Part shown: positions 13,801 through 29,500 of the stretch, in pieces
Layout: every line of letters begins with the position of its first letter
Position numbering within the stretch: the stretch's first letter is position 1
NCBI GenBank assembly: GCA_002189035.1
Contig: NEEC01000010.1
Location: 1,922,001-1,986,000 of the forward strand
Direction: 5' to 3'
DNA: 64,000 nucleotides
Origin: Utricularia gibba
Taxonomy: Eukaryota > Plantae > Magnoliophyta
Translations under genes and position numbers: made by a program
The notes under the pieces: model-generated
The model's input: only the letters and a program-made list of their open reading frames with translations
The model's database searches: none
Told to the model about the DNA's origin: nothing

Positions 13801-16800
13801 GCTCAGCAGGTCTTAATTTCCTTTGTCTTAGTTTTACATTGAAAGTTTTCAGTTGATTTGTTTTTTTTCCTTAATTCATTGTTAAGAAAAGGAGAGTTAA
13901 TTCCTAAATCTATGATTTGTTACTGTTCCAAGAGCGAGGCTGACCATAATCTGAAATGCATGCATTTTTATTCTTCACTTTCAGGCAACTTGTTTTCAGC
14001 CCCAGATTCATCAAGATATCTACCTAGGAAGATGGCGGAAGGTGGACATTCTGCGTTCAGCAAGTGGTACAACACCACCAATGAAAACATTTTGTGACTT
14101 GCCCATCCATTTCCAGACAGGAGAAGTTTCCTTTGGTGTTGGTTTCGAACCATCTTTTACTGATATCAGCTATGCTTTTACAGTTGCACTACGCAGAGCG
14201 AATCTTAGCATTAGGAACCCAAACCCTATGGTTCAGCCACCTAAAAAAGAGAAGAGCTTACCGTGGTGGGATGAAATGAGAAACTATATTCATGGGAACA
14301 CCACTCTATATTTTTCTGAAACAAAATGGAATATCTTGGGTAGCACTGATCCCTATGAAAACGTGGATAAGCTTCAGATTGTTTCAGGCTATATGGAAAT
14401 TCAGCAGTCTGATGGCCGTGTTTTTACATCTGCTAAGGATTTCAAGATTTTCGGGAGCAGTTTAGCTAGCTTGTTTAAGAACACATTGAAACATTTTTCT
14501 GGTCCCCCTGTTCCTTTTCTTGAGGTTCCAACTTTCACGCTTGAAGTGACTATGGACTGGGATTGTGAGTCTGGAAACCCCATGAACCATTACTTATTTG
14601 CACTTCCCAATGAAGGCGTTCCCCATGATTTGGTTTTTGATCCTTTTAGATCTACTTCTCTTTCTCTGAGATGGAATTTCTCTCTTCGTCCATCTGTTTC
14701 ACCATCCAGCAGTGATAAGGGGGCCCGAGGTGATGCATCTGCTCCGTTGAAGATAGATTATGCACTGAATGACTCACCTACATTGAGCTTTGGTCATCAT
14801 GATTTGGTGTGGCTCATCAGATTCTGGAACTTAAATTACCTTCCACCTCATAAGTTGCGGACATTTTCTCGTTGGCCTCGCTTTGGTGTACCTAGGATTC
14901 CGAGATCAGGTAACTTATCTCTCGATAGAGTCATGACAGAATTTATGTTCCGCATAGATTCAACTCCAACATGCATAAGGCATATGCCATTACATGATGA
15001 TGATCCAGCAAAGGGACTGATATTTAAGATGTCCAAGTTGAAATATGAACTTTGTTTTAGTCGAGGCAAGCAAAAGTATACATTTGCATGCAAAAGGGAA
15101 ACTCTTGATCAAGTTTACAAGGGCATTGATATACATATGCTCAGGGTGTACATTGACAAAGAAGACTGCACATCCATTGCTAAAATTATTCAGATGTCTC
15201 GGAAGAAATCACAATCTTCATCAGTAGATAGGGTCCTGAGTGATAAAAAAAGCTCTTCAAGTAAGAGCATAGAAAGGCATCATGATGATGGATTCATGTT
15301 GTCCTCTGATTACTTCACAATACGCAGACAGGCCCCCAAAGCTGATGCTGCCAGTTTGCTGGCATGGCAAGAAGCTGGTAGAAATCTTGAGATGACTTAT
15401 GTCAGATCTGAATTTGAAAATGGGAGCGAAAGTGATGATCATACAAGATCTGATCATAGCGACGATGATGGTTATAATGTGGTTATAGCTGACAATTGTC
15501 AACGAATATTTGTTTATGGTCTTAAGCTTCTCTGGACTCTTGAAAATAGAGATGCTGTTTGGTCTTGGGTAGGTGGATTATCAAAGGCATTTTCCCCATC
15601 AAAACCATCCCCTTCTCGTCAATATGCTCAAAGAAAATTATTAGAGAAAAATTCATGTGATAAAAATGACGTGCTGCAAAATGATAGTCAGAAGCCTCAA
15701 TCTGTTGTTGCAGATGCAAATATTTCTTCCCAGCACACAGAGACTTCGAAACCTCTCCCTTCAAACCCAGAGAATGTGGAGCATCCGTCATCTGGTGCAA
15801 TAGGTAAGTTGGTACTTCCTTCTGGGTCCTATATGACATACACAGGCACATGTAAATCTTTTTTCAGCAAGAAACTACATAAGGGGTATAGATCAAATCT
15901 CTCGGGAGGTATTGACATGTTAGTCTGTGTTTGGTGTGTGGGTTAAGGGTTTGGAGGTGAGAGCGGGTACAAGCTATTAAATTAAAGAGTCAGTTAAATA
16001 AAATCTTAAATTGCAGCTGGGATCCAGACAGTCGATCTTATATGGTTTCTGCCTAAGCTCAAAAGATTTCCAATTATGTCTATGCTGATGCTCTCTTCTA
16101 TGTTGAATTTATCTTTCAAACACTCAGTATCTTTGTGCCAAAGGTTGACATCTATTGTGATTCTATACAGCAAATTATCATAAATTTGATGACTCTGAAG
16201 AGGAAGGCACGAGACACTTCATGGTGAATGTCATCGAACCACAATTCAATCTTCATTCTGAAGAGTCCAATGTAAGTTCCACAATTTGATGTCTTTGGGC
16301 TAGCATCACCTTTTTCTAATTAATGGGTAACCATGAACTATTTTTGCAATGAACATGCCTGTTTTGCATTACTCTTCAAGCCTTTGAAGGTCATTATGAT
16401 GTCTTTTTAACATTATTGTATCTTGTTTTTACAATACAGTTTGAGACCACAAATAGTATTAATTAGCATAATTTTCCGTGTGGTGCTAATTCCATTAATT
16501 TTATGATTTTCATCAAAAAAAATGATGTTCCAGTAGATCGTGTAAAAAAATGATGCATTTGACGTTTGCAATACTTCTCTCTTTCACTATATTTAATCAA
16601 TGTTATGGGTTTTATGAGTCTGTTGATGGGGTATGAAGATTGAATACGGTTCGAACCTTATAAAAAGTAACAATTAAAATTGGAATGATGAAATGGAAGT
16701 AAGAGTTCATTCTGCAATCATGTCAGTTACATTCAAGATACAACATTATTTACAGGGTAGATTCCTGCTTGCTGCTGTCAGTGGCCGTGTACTAGCTCGA

Positions 16801-19800
16801 TCCTTTCATTCAGTTCTTCATGTTGGTAGCGAAGTACTTGAACAAGCACTGGGTGAAGGAAAAATCCCTGAATCTCATCCTGAAATGACATGGAACCGTA
16901 TGGAGTTCTCTGTGATGCTGGAGCATGTGCAAGCTCATGTCGCCCCAACTGATGTAGATCCAGGAGCTGGATTACAGTGGCTCCCTAAAATTCGCCGCAG
17001 CTCCCCAAAAGTTAAGCGTACTGGAGCTTTGCTTGAAAGGGTTTTTATGCCATGTGACATGTATTTTCGCTACACAAGGCACAAGGGAGGAACTCCTGAA
17101 CTAAAGGTATTAAGTTACGCGTGGAATAATGTATTTCCAGCGGCAAAAATCTTATACAGAAAAATTCTGAGAGTTCTTAACATCTATTTCCTACAATGAT
17201 GTTGTTAAGGTTTATTTGCCTTTTTTTCAACAGGTGAAGCCACTGAAAGAGCTTACATTTAACTCGCATAATATAACTGCAACCATGACATCGAGACAAT
17301 TCCAAGTTATGCTGGATGTATTAACAAATCTCCTATTTGCTCGTCTTCCCAGGTAAGCACAAAAGCTTTACAGCTACTTTGAAGTTTGAAAGTTTAAAAT
17401 CATATTATGTTTCAGACCCCACTCAAAAGGATTTTTTATTTCCTGTCGAACTACAGAATGCTGACAAGTTGGCATTTAAAATTCAAGTTGTTCATGATGG
17501 CTTCCTTGCATCTTTAACTAGCCAATTGGATTAACTACTGTCTCTTGGTTAGTTTCTCTGAGCATGGACTTCAAGCCGTTCAATTGTTTTGTGCAGGCCT
17601 CATAGGAGTAATCTGACATATTTTGCTGAAGATGATGAAGGCCTTGAAGAGGAGGCAGATGAAGTAGTCCCTGATGGTGTAGAAGAAGTGGAGCTGGCTA
17701 AGGTTAACCTTGAGCAGAAAGAGAGAGTTCGGAGGTTGATACTAGATGATATTAAGAAACTGTCTGCACAGTCGAATGTATTTGGAGATGCACATCCAGA
17801 ACTGGAGGTGGATTTTTGGATGATAGATTGTGCAACACCCTCTTTGGTACGGCTTTACCATTCACACACCGAAATTTTGTATATTCAAGTCCAAATGCAT
17901 TACCTATGTTATAGAGTTGACATAGAGATTTTACACCATATACCTTCTCAGGTTAACAGATTGAAAAAGGAGCTTGTCAATGCGCAAAAATCTAGAAAGG
18001 CCGCAGCAGCTTCTCTAAGGGTTGCCTACCAGACTGCCGCCCATCTTAGGCTTATGGAGAAAGAAAAAAATAAGAGTCCCTCTAGTGCTATGCGTATTTC
18101 CTTGCAAATCAAAAAAGTTGTTTGGGGCATGCTCCTTGATGGCAAGTCTTTTGCTGAAGCTGAGATAAATGACATGGTGAGTCTGTTATCATGGTCACAC
18201 TTTCGAGTTGTCAATTGCAAAATTTATATGCGCTGCTATAATAACCTCTTCACCTTGGTACATTATCTATGCTGAAATTACTTAACAAAACTGTGTGTGG
18301 ATTATCAATTAATTGCCACTTCTATTATGTAGACAAATGAGAACATGTATCTCAGTTAAAGCAATAGCAATAGAACATGTATCTCCGTTGAAATTCTTGT
18401 ATAATTAATAATTTAATTTGCAGGTATTGTCTGTGAAGTTTGCAATACTTTTTAGGGTGTGCTTTTATCCGGATAGAATTTTGAGTGGGGCACTTTTTTT
18501 GCAGTTTTATGATTTTGACCGAGACTATAAGGATATTGGTATAGCCAAATTCACAACAAAAAACTTTTTTGTCCGGAATTGTCTTCCCAATGCCAAGTGT
18601 AACATGCTTCTCTCGGCCTGGAAGTCTCCTGATGATGATGACTGGGGAAAGTATGTTTCTTCTCATTCCCTCACTTGTGATTACCAAAATCAAGAGATGT
18701 AGCTGTTTGTGTATTGATTCTTTCCCATTTTTTTCGCTGCAGAAAAGTGATGCTGCGTGTAGATGCAAAACAAGGGTTCTCAAATGATGGAAACTCCCCA
18801 CTTGAATTGTTCCAGGTAATTAATGCGCTTTCTGAATCTAAATGACTGCTTTTTTTTTTTCTTTTCAAACAACTGCTGGTTTGAAAAGTTTCTCAAATGT
18901 GTGAATTCATCCTCCTTATATGTCAAGAGTCCATTGGGTATCCATCAAGGTTGTTTTTTGAAAAATGTAATGGCTATTGTTGTTTTTTTTCTTCAAATTG
19001 TTGCTTTTTAATTGAATCAGTGGTTACTTTTTCAAACGAGCCCAGAGAATGAATCACTATGCAGTGTTCATTCCATTGCTCGTGGTATTGAGCCTCAAAA
19101 AAACCTTTTGGATTTTCAAGCTTAATTTTTTTAATTTTCTTTACAAATGAGAACACATTTTTCCCATTAAAAATCACTCTCAAAACCACTAAATTCTGAA
19201 AAAAAAAATAGGCATATTGTTTTGTCAATCCAGTGACAGGATTTACTTATGCTGAATGTGCTCAACAACAATGATGAAGAGGATCTGTATACTATGGTTG
19301 GAAGTCCTTATGTATACGTCAGTTGAAATTTTTTTTAATTTTTATAGTTGCATTTCAGGTCGAGATCTACCCTTTAAAAATACATCTAACTGAGGCGATG
19401 TACAAACTGATGTGGCAATATCTCTTTCCGGAAGAAGAACAAGATTCTCAAAGGAGGCAGGTTGGTATTAGCCTTCAAGAGATTCAGTGAATTCAATTTC
19501 ATTTTATGCTTTCTCAATGGTGTATTATGTTATATTTAGGTGCTGCTGTGTGTTATTAACTTAAATATTCATTAAACCCAACTTTGGTTTTATACTCCGG
19601 CTTTTAATGTGCAGGAGGTGTGGAAGGTTTCAACTACAGCAGGTTCGAGGCGTGTTAAGAAGGGATCGATGGCTCATGACTCATCTACTTCTATCAGCCA
19701 CTCCACTAAAGATATTGAAGGATCCAAGACAAGTACATTTGCATCAACCAATTCAAGTGCAATTAACCAGTTTAATGCGCTTGCTGATTCTTCCCAGGTG

Positions 19801-21379
19801 ATTAATTTAGTAACCACTCGCATATGTGCGCTCTTAGGCAGTTACGCTTTGAATTCTTGACTTATTATAGTTCTTGGGGCATTCATTTCAAGGGACTATA
19901 AGGGGATTGGGTCCCTAGTATGGACAGAGATGATTCGAAGTATTTTAACCTACTGCAAGTTTCCACTAATTTCTAAACATGTTGTGCTTGTCAGGGATCA
20001 AGGTTGCAAACTCTAACATCAAACGATAGCTCACAACCAGAGCTAAGGAGAACGTCTTCATTTGATCGAACATGGGAAGAAAGTGTTGCTGAGTCGGTAG
20101 CAAATGAACTAGTGCTGCAAACAGTCTCTTCATCTAAAGGTGGTTCCACGAGTAACCTTGAACAGCAAGAGGACACTTCAAAGAATAAAATGAAGGAAAC
20201 CAAAGGAGCAAAACCTGGTCGCATTTCTAATGATGTGAAGAAGGGAGGGAAAGTGCAAGATGAAAAGCGATCTCAACCCCGAAGGCTAAGGGAGTTCCAC
20301 AATATTAAAATTAGTCAGGTGAACCTTCTAACTGTAGAATACGCTCCTTATTATCCCGGTGAAACGTCTTTTTGTTACCGTCTTGCATCACCTTCAACCA
20401 GGTTGAGTTGCTAGTCACATATGAAGGGTCAAGGTTTGCAGTAAGCGATTTAAGATTGCTGATGGACGCATTCCATCGGGTTGAGTTCACAGGCACTTGG
20501 AGGCGGTTATTCTCGCGTGTGAAGAAACATATAATCTGGGGTGTTCTGAAATCGGTGACCGGAATGCAGGTGAAGGATTTATTATCCTCCTATAGTGTAC
20601 TAATGACACCTGCTAGCAGACTTTTTGCAATTTTACTATGGTGGTCAACATTATTTATGACATAGTGATTTTTCATATGCAATGATCTTCGTGAATATGG
20701 GATTCTTAGAATGAGCATACCCGACTACCTGCCTTATGTTTCTGTCCCTGGACTTTTTGTAGGGGAAAAAGTTCAAAGATAAAGGGCACTCAGGTGGTGT
20801 TCCTGTTCCAGAGAACGACCTCAATCTTAGTGATAGTGATGGAGGTTCAGCTGAAAAAGCAGACGACCTTCCCATGGCCTGGCCTAAGCGCGCCGGTGAC
20901 GGTGCGGGAGATGGTTTCGTGACATCCATAAAGGGTCTTTTCAACTCACAGCGGCGCAAAGCAAAGGCTTTTGTTCTACGAACCATGAGGGGTGAGGCAG
21001 AGAATGAGCTCCATGGAGATTGGAGTGAGAGTGAAGCAGAGTTTTCTCCCTTTGCTAGACAGCTAACCATAACAAAAACCAAACGACTGATCAGACGACA
21101 CACTAAGAAGTTCCGGCCAAGGGGACACAAAGGTAATAATCTCTTTCCTACTCTCTGAAGTTCTTATCAGCTCTCAGCCGCATAAATGTTATATATCTCT
21201 GCACTTGCCTGTGGTGGAGTCTTCTGCCCAAGTGAAACCTGGAATTGAAAAAGCAACTTGTGTATGTTTCAGGTGGCAGCACATCATTTCAGCAGAAGGA
21301 GGTTTCCCCCATGGAGAACACCCCCTATGAAAGTGATTCCTCCAGTGAGTCCTCTCCTTATGAGGACTTCCAAGAGTAG
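7814..21379 (+). CDS. SAB: SABRE/KINKY POLLEN-like bridge-like lipid transfer protein (FMP27/Hobbit/BLTP2 family), multi-exon
   Basis: N-terminus MGPSPAKFLFGFLLISIALWFIF then LLAWILSRILGASVRFRVGGWKCLRD. Large exons in ORFs 11620-13842 and 14042-15946 (EEEPLQGWLDEHY; KSLPWWDEMRNYIHGN; FNPHLEL absent but VNVIEPQFNLHSEE present). C-terminus SSPYEDFQE* with TAG at 21377-21379. Confidence 0.95.
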
Positions 21380-21875
21380 TATTCTCCCCATACCCATAGA
21401 TCAGGCTGTATAAACACACACTCTTTTTTCACATCAATGCAATCTCCCATTGCTGAGTTTCTCCTTGCAACCTATGTCTTGAGGAGTCCATTGAATCCTC
21501 CATTTGCCCTCCTGGTGTTGCACATGTACCTCCTCTGTGTGTTGCAGGGAGCATCCATCAGATCAATCTTGAAAAGAGACAAGAGATATTTCCCAAATTA
21601 ATAATAATTATCATAATATATATATATATATATTATAGTATTTTATATTGGCATCATTGGAGAATGCATGGAGTACGAAAATTAAGTGGGAATTATCTGA
21701 AAAAAAAAGATGAGGAAGTGGAATAAAAGGGATTTTCAGTAGTCAGATCAGCGCCTCAATCTCATCGAGGATTCCCAGGTTGTGCTGACTGGAAATGGCG
21801 GATATTTCTAAGTAAGCTTTGCGCAAGGTTTGGGCTTTTGCTGCGGATTCTCCATTTTTCTCGCCGTCGTTCTCG

Positions 21876-24800
21876 ATGGCTTCAACGATCTCTGCTGTTC
21901 TTTCCTGGAAGTTGAGACCTCAAATTATGGCTCCCAGTATAACACATTTTCGGGGCCCATCTCTGGTTTCTTCAACTACCTCCATGGATGGTGGAGTATC
22001 CCGTTTCCGGGAACTTATGGTGGCGCGTGACGTTCATCCAACTTCCTATGGTGGCGTCCTGGGACCATCCAAGGCAGCGTCGCTGGAGAAGGATCCACGG
22101 GCGCTTTGGGAAAGGTACGTGGATTGGCTCTATCAGCACAAAGAGCTGGGCCTCTACTTGGATGTTAGCCGAGTTGGGTTCACAGATGAGTTCTTCGCTG
22201 AAATGGAGCCGAGATTACACAAGGCGTTGAAGGATATGGAACTTCTGGAAAAGGGTGCCATTGCCAATCCAGATGAGGGTAGAATGGTAGGACATTATTG
22301 GCTGAGGAACTCTGATCTCGCCCCTAAACCGCAATTGACTCAGCAGATTGAGAAAACGTTAGAAAGTATATCTAGCTTTGCCGAGCAAGTCATCAGCGGT
22401 AAGGTCAGATTTTCTTTTGTTCTATGTATTCCTTTGGGGAGGGGGAGTCATATACTTGCTAGTTTTCCTTCAAAAGTTTCTGTTTTTTGTTGTTGAGTGT
22501 GCGTGTGGTTGAGGATTTAACATAGAGTTTATACATTATATCGCGTTCATTTCGTAAGTTTAACCAAACCTGTCTCCCTTTTCTTTTACTAAATGTTAGA
22601 TTTTTACTTGTTAACTAAATATCATATATAAAAAGCTAATACCTTTACATCACTTTTAGCTAAATCCATCCCATAACTAACCACACCCTCAAGCTACCCG
22701 GGTGTATTAGGATAGGATTCCCTAGTGGTGAAGTAAAAATAAAACAGAGAAAAGAAAAAAAGAAAAGATTGGTCTTTGAACATTGCTTTGAGAAAAGAGT
22801 CAATGAAATTTAGTTTTGGAGTGAAGTGGTGTAAAAATCCTTTCTTTTGTTGTTTGCTCCATGAAATCTTTCTAATCTTGGAACCTCGTTAGTCACAGGG
22901 ATAATCTTGTATATGACTGCAATGTTTGTGATATAGGTGAGACCTCCGTTGAAAGACAAATTCACACAAATACTTTCCATCGGAATTGGTGGTTCAGCTC
23001 TTGGACCACAGTTTGTCGCTGAGGCATTGGCTCCTGATAATCCTCCACTGAAGGTACTTGCTATTTCTATTTTTCCTGTTATTACTTTGGGAAATGTATG
23101 ATTGTGGGATAAGTTAGATTTCTGTTTTTAGTAACAGAACCGATGTACTTATGGGTTGGAACCCCTCCTTTTATCCACCTACAGATTAGATTCATTGACA
23201 ATACTGACCCAGCTGGCATTGATCATCAAATTGCGCAACTTGGCAATGAGTTGGCCTCGACACTTGTTATAGTTGTGTCAAAGGTATATGTGGAGCTATA
23301 TTCCCTTTTTTTTTTCCATTTTAGCTGCAGCCAAACGTTGGCAGGCTAATCCACTGATTGTGTTCCCTAGAGTGGAGGAACTCCTGAAACAAGGAATGGC
23401 TTGCTTGAAGTTCAAAAGGCCTTCCGTGATGCTGGCCTCACTTTCTCGAGACAGGTTCTTGTTTGAGATTCTTGCTTCTTGATACTTGTGTCGGTGTGTT
23501 CCTTTTCCTTTTTAGTGAGTATATGTGCGTGTTTGATGTACTACCTGCTATTCGACAATTATAATTTCTCTAGATATCAGTACAAAAATCTCAGTTTGCA
23601 TTTATTCCTAGAACTTTAGGGAGTTGCAATTACACAAGAGAACTCATTACTTGACAATACGGCAAGGATTGAGGGCTGGTTAGCAAGGTTCCCTATGTTC
23701 GACTGGGTTGGGGGCAGAACATCCGAGATGTCTGCTGTTGGCTTGCTTTCTGCTGCACTCCAGGTTTTTTACAACCAATTGTCGATACTTTTTAATCTTT
23801 ACTAGTAATGATGGTTTGCATCATTTTCTACTTTCAGGGAATTAAAATACAAGAAATGCTTTATGGTGCAGCATTGATGGATGAAGCCAACCGGTCAAAA
23901 ATTGTAAGACCAGTGCTCCTCGCCGAAGAATAATTATGCTGAAGCAATGCTTGTTTTCTATGCGAAATTCAAAGAATTTAACATTTATATTCCATTGTGT
24001 GTGTAAGCTTTTTGCAATTCTTCCATGAAAGAGAATTGTCTTCATCGGGTTGCTCTTTCAACAGATCAAGAATAATCCAGCAGCACTGCTCGCGTTGTGC
24101 TGGTATTGGGCAACTGATGGAGTTGGGTCAAAGGTTTGAGTTGCTCTAATAAACTCTTAGTTTTTTTTTTTTTTCCAGTGCTTGTTTTGAAGATTCTACT
24201 TTAATGGCTGCTGCAGGATATGGTTGTCCTTCCGTATAAGGATAGCCTATTGTTATTTAGTCGATATCTACAACAGCTGGTCATGGAATCCCTTGGAAAA
24301 GAATCAGACCTTGATGGCAAAAGGGTAAGTAGAAGATTTTCATGTCAGTCGTCTTAATATTGTACACGAATTTGGGTTTTGGATTGACCTTTCTTCAGTT
24401 TTCGAGGCCATGAATGTTTCTTGGAAACTGATTTCTTACTTCACCTTATTATTCCATCTCTGTGTTTTTGCAGGTAAATCAAGGGATAACTGTGTATGGA
24501 AACAAGGGAAGCACAGATCAGCATGCGTATGTGTTGCAATGTTGGTACTGACGTTTCTGCCTTTCTGTTTCTGAATATTTCTTTTCTTCTTTCTCAGCTA
24601 CATTCAACAACTCCGAGATGGAATCCACAACTTTTTTGTTACATTCATTGAAGTTCTACGAGACAGGCCACCTGGTCATGATTGGGAACTAGAGCCTGGT
24701 GTCACCTGTGGTGACTACCTTTTTGGCTTCTTGCAGGTTTGAATTCCTCCTGTTCAATCCAAAATAACTGCATATCAAAATGTTGGGTTGCTCAAAGGAT

Positions 24801-25543
24801 TATGCTGTGATCTAACTTAAAAGAACAAGGCCCATGATCTTAAGTTGAAGTGACTGTCATTTCTTCGCTTAAACAATGAATCTTGCTAACTATGGATCCG
24901 ATATATAGGGAACCAGAGCTGCTTTATACGCCAATGATCGGGAGTCGATCACAGTCACCGTACAAGAGGTGACACCCAGCTCCGTTGGGGCTCTCATCGC
25001 ACTCTATGAGCGAGCCGTTGGCATATACGCTTCCTTGGTCAATATCAACGCCTACCACCAACCTGGTAAACGTTGGATCCCATGTTTTCTCAGAAGTCAA
25101 AATAAGTTCTTACGCTTTTCTAGCTTCACTGCAGGCGTTGAAGCTGGAAAAAAAGCTGCTGGGGAGGTTCTGGCTCTTCAAAAGCGCGTCCTATCCGTGC
25201 TGAACGAGGCGAGGTAACCTCCCTCCTGACCATCTTCATTCACCCCCATCCTTAACCCATTCCTTCCTTCTTCCAGCTGCAAGGAGCCTGTGGAACCCCT
25301 ATCGCTCGAAGAAGTGGCGAAGCGCTGCATCGCCACTGACAATGTAAGTACCTTCCTTGTCATCTCATGGATGCCGCCAGATGATCACATCATCCAATCC
25401 CTTGTCAGATCGAAATGATTTACAAGATCCTCCTCCACATGGCCGCAAACGATAGAGCGATAATCGCAGAAGGCAGCTGCGGCTCCCCAAGAAGCATCAA
25501 GGTGTTCTTGGGAGAGTGCACTGTGGATGATCTGGATGCTTGA
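21876..25543 (+). CDS. PGI1: Glucose-6-phosphate isomerase, plastidic, multi-exon
   Basis: Transit-peptide-like start [12 protein letters not shown]. Motifs [64 protein letters not shown]. Ends [23 protein letters not shown] with TGA at 25541-25543. Confidence 0.96.
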
Positions 25544-26534
25544 AAGCCCACCATCATCATGTTCCAGACCCCCCGAGAGCTGAGTTATATACACCTGTAC
25601 TTGTACTATTCCTCCGGGAATCATCAGAAACAGACCTGGGGGTTGCTTCTGCTTTCCTCAGTTTTCTTTTTTTTTTTTTTTTTTTGTTTTTGTTGAACCG
25701 ACAGACAGACAGTACGGTTCTCCATTACCAGTTTCACATGTCCCTCTCTAGGGAACCCCAACCGTTAATCTTTTATGTGCGTGTTTTCACGGTGGTCCGG
25801 TCCAATTACGAGCCCATCAGGGCCCACTAACGTGCGTACCATGCCACGCGCGTATGCGTCAAACGTTGACTATTGTTTGATTAACCTATTTTTTTTGTTA
25901 TTAGTAAATATTCTTTTATTTGTTACAGATAAAAAAATAAACATTTTGAATATTGTTAATTTTTTTAAAAAAAATTATTCTGGATTTGAGGATGTGATCT
26001 AATTAGGTTCAATTTCGAATTTTAAAACACAGATCCAATTCACCCATTGATCATCACCATGGATACACAATAAAAAAAAATTAATTGTAATTTGAAATTT
26101 TAATGCAGGATTAATGTTCATAGAAAATTTTAAATGCATTTGATTGGTTGGGATCAAATCCGATTTCAAACGAATAGGCGTACGTTAGTTAGCGTGCGCC
26201 GTGGGACATTTAAGAATATAATGGAGGGCAATAACATGAGAGAAAACCGAAATTACGTGTGTGTATGTCCAGCTTTCCTACAGCAGGCCCCCAAACAAGG
26301 AAAGAAAAATGGCTTCTCGCACATTGATTTTTCCCCTCCACGTAATGGGAGCTCCCCATTCATGATCCAACAACGATTCTGCTTCCCAGATTTCAAATCT
26401 CGAGGACGAAAGGTGAACTCAATCGCCATGTTCCTGCCATCGCCATTTTTTCTGTTCCATCAATTTTTGCATGTGTGTTGTTCGTTTACAGGTGTCCGGC
26501 TGATGGGCTGCGTAACGCCTTCGTAGTGGCAAAA

Positions 26535-29500
26535 ATGACGAATGTGAATGCGGTTGCGGACGTATCCACGGTGCGGTCTAGAATGTGATCGCTCTGCTCT
26601 TGTTTATTCTATAATGCGTTGTAGCGTTTCAGGCTGAGGGAGGCGTGAAAAATGAGCATCCTCCACCAGCTGTGCCTTCCAGCCCCGCACTTCATGCGGG
26701 GAGCAAGGTATTCTATTCCTTTATTGGTCGTTTTGTGAGTGGTGCCCATGGAGGTGACGTTGATCCGTCACTGCTGATGCTAATCTTCGGATTTTCGTAA
26801 TGTTGTTGGAAAACGAAACCTTTATCGTATACAATAGTAGAAGATAGCTATTCTGAATGAGCAATTCATTTGGGTTCACTTTCGCTGTCATTGTAATAAG
26901 TAGCTCCTCATATATTATTACCTTGCAGGTTTACAAAAGCGGGCCACTTTATTTGTCATCGAAAGGTTGGTTGGTCGATTTTATCTAAATGCTATGTGTA
27001 AGCTTGATGCTTCTTTCTCCTATGATCCTTCTGGTATTCTATAAATATATGCAGGAATTGGATGGACTTCATGGAAGAAAAGATGGTTCATTTTGACACA
27101 AACCTCTCTGGTTTTCTATAGGATCGATCCTGTAAGTTTCATTACCTTTGGTAAATTGCTCTGCATTTAAAAATGGCACCAATCCAGCAAATACAAACTG
27201 TGTTGGAATTCAGCAAAGTATCTTCGTGTTTTTTTTTTTGGTTTAATTATCAAAGATCACAACCTTGCTGATTCATTCTTTGTCCAGAATGTCGTCCCTC
27301 AGAAGGGGAGTGAGGTCAACTTAACTCTCGGAGGCATTGACCTCAATAGTTCAGGCAGGTTGGCTTTTACTTGCTTTCCTTCCAACTGTATAGTTTCATG
27401 CATCCTTGTGTATTTTATATTCTTTGGTACTGAAAATCTTGAATTTTTGCATGTTTCCGACAACTTAATATCAAATGTATCTAGTTATCATTGCCGTTTT
27501 GCAGTGTGGTAGTCAAAGAAGAAAAAAAATTAATAACCGTGTTGTTCACTGATGGTCGTGATGGACGAACTTTCACACTCAAGGTGCTGTTCTATTTCTT
27601 TTCATCACTGAAATTTAAAGAGCATAACCACTATGTTATCCTTCATTGTTTGGAGATTCTCTTTTTATATCCATGCCTGATTTGATGTTCACGTGCCAGA
27701 GACTCGTTTGAAAGCTGTGAATTATACTCCTGTCAAATTGTAGGCCAATTTTCTACGATCTATCTAATCAATTCTTCACTGCCACATTTGTATATGGTTC
27801 CAATAACACAGGCAGAAACACTGGAGGATTTGCACGAATGGAAGTCTGCACTTGAAGAAGCTCTCTCACATGCCCCCAATGCACCTCATGTTGTGGGACA
27901 AAATGGTGTATTTAGGAATGATCACTCAAATGCAGCTGATGTTACTTCAGAACAATGTATGTTAGCTGGAATACTACTTTCCATTATAACCTAATAAAAC
28001 TTGATTGCTGTTCAATAGAAGAACATTATAGAAAGTCTTGTTATAGCCTTTCGTACAGTGATGAATTACTAAGCCTGCTTTTCACATCTAAAACATGAAA
28101 ACCAGCCAAGTTTTGGAGTTTAGTATTGTATTGAAGTTTAACAGTTAAAAATATTATTTATTTTCCCATGCCCTTCTTTAGATACACATTCTCTTTATGA
28201 ACTAAGATGGAGAATAATTGGAATGCTGTTTATCCCATGAAGCATTATAAAATGTCTTGATTTTCACATGGCGCCCTGGATATGTACCGTACTCACATAT
28301 GTTTTCACCATTTTAGTTTCTCATTTTTAAAGTTTTAGAATTCCTAAATAGAAATTTACATAGCCTCTTTGCTTGTAGCAAAAGACAGAATGGCCGTGAA
28401 ATCCTTGGTAACTGGACGCCCTATTCTGCTTGCTCTTGAAGACATCGATGGTACCCCATCTTTTTTGGAAAAAGCTCTAAGGTTCATTGAAGAATGTGGT
28501 AAGCCTTTTTTTCTTCACTCTTGCTTCTATAAATATTTTAAGCTTTTCGAGCTTTTCGTGTTCAAAGTTCATACCCACAGTGTATATATTCTGTCTTACA
28601 TGCTCTCTTTAGAGTTTATTATAACTTGGATTCCGTTTGACCATTTCTATCTGCCTTTTGATGACAAAATAACACCATCCATTTGCCTCTTGAAGTTGTT
28701 TTATTTATATATTGAAGTTATTTTGCAGGGATAAAGACAGAAGGTATCTTACGGCAAGCTGCAGACGTAGAAGACGTCAAGCATCGTATTCAAGAATATG
28801 AAAAAGGTTTCATTGCAGCCAAACTATGTTTCTTAGTTTTTACCTTACGGGGATTATCTGGGCATTTATAGAAACTCACTGGGCGATCCAGTATACCATG
28901 ATTGTTCAATGAAAGTGATTTAGTTTCTGATACCTTTGTGATGATCCTTGAATGATAGTGGGGTGTAATTTAGTTTTTGATAACTTCATCAAATAATGGC
29001 AGCATTTTGTCTGACATGTTCAGGGAAAATTGAATTTTCAACTGAGGATCCACATATTATAGCCGATTGCATAAAGGTGTTATTGATTTAAAGTTCATGA
29101 AGAACTGCATTTCCTTATAGTTATCATTCTCTTCTATTGGATTTCTTTTAATCTGTTTCATTAATTATGACCAGTATGTTCTTCGTGAGCTACCATCACC
29201 ACCAGTTCCTGCTTCTTGCTGCAAGGCTCTGCTTGAAGCATACCGTAAGCCTTCTCTCTGATTATTTCTACATGTATTTTCTCGGTTGCGTTTAAGTGCA
29301 CCTGTATATTGTCATCTATAGGGACTGACCGAAGCATGAAAGTTAATGCCATGCGTACTGCAATATGTGAAACCTTTCCAGAACCTAATCGTCGCTTATT
29401 ACAAAGGTAGCATAGTTTCAAAAATACTTTATTTTTATAATCTGGAAGTCGCTATCATACTTCCTTTGTTTTCTATTTTCTGGTCAGCCTGATAATGTTA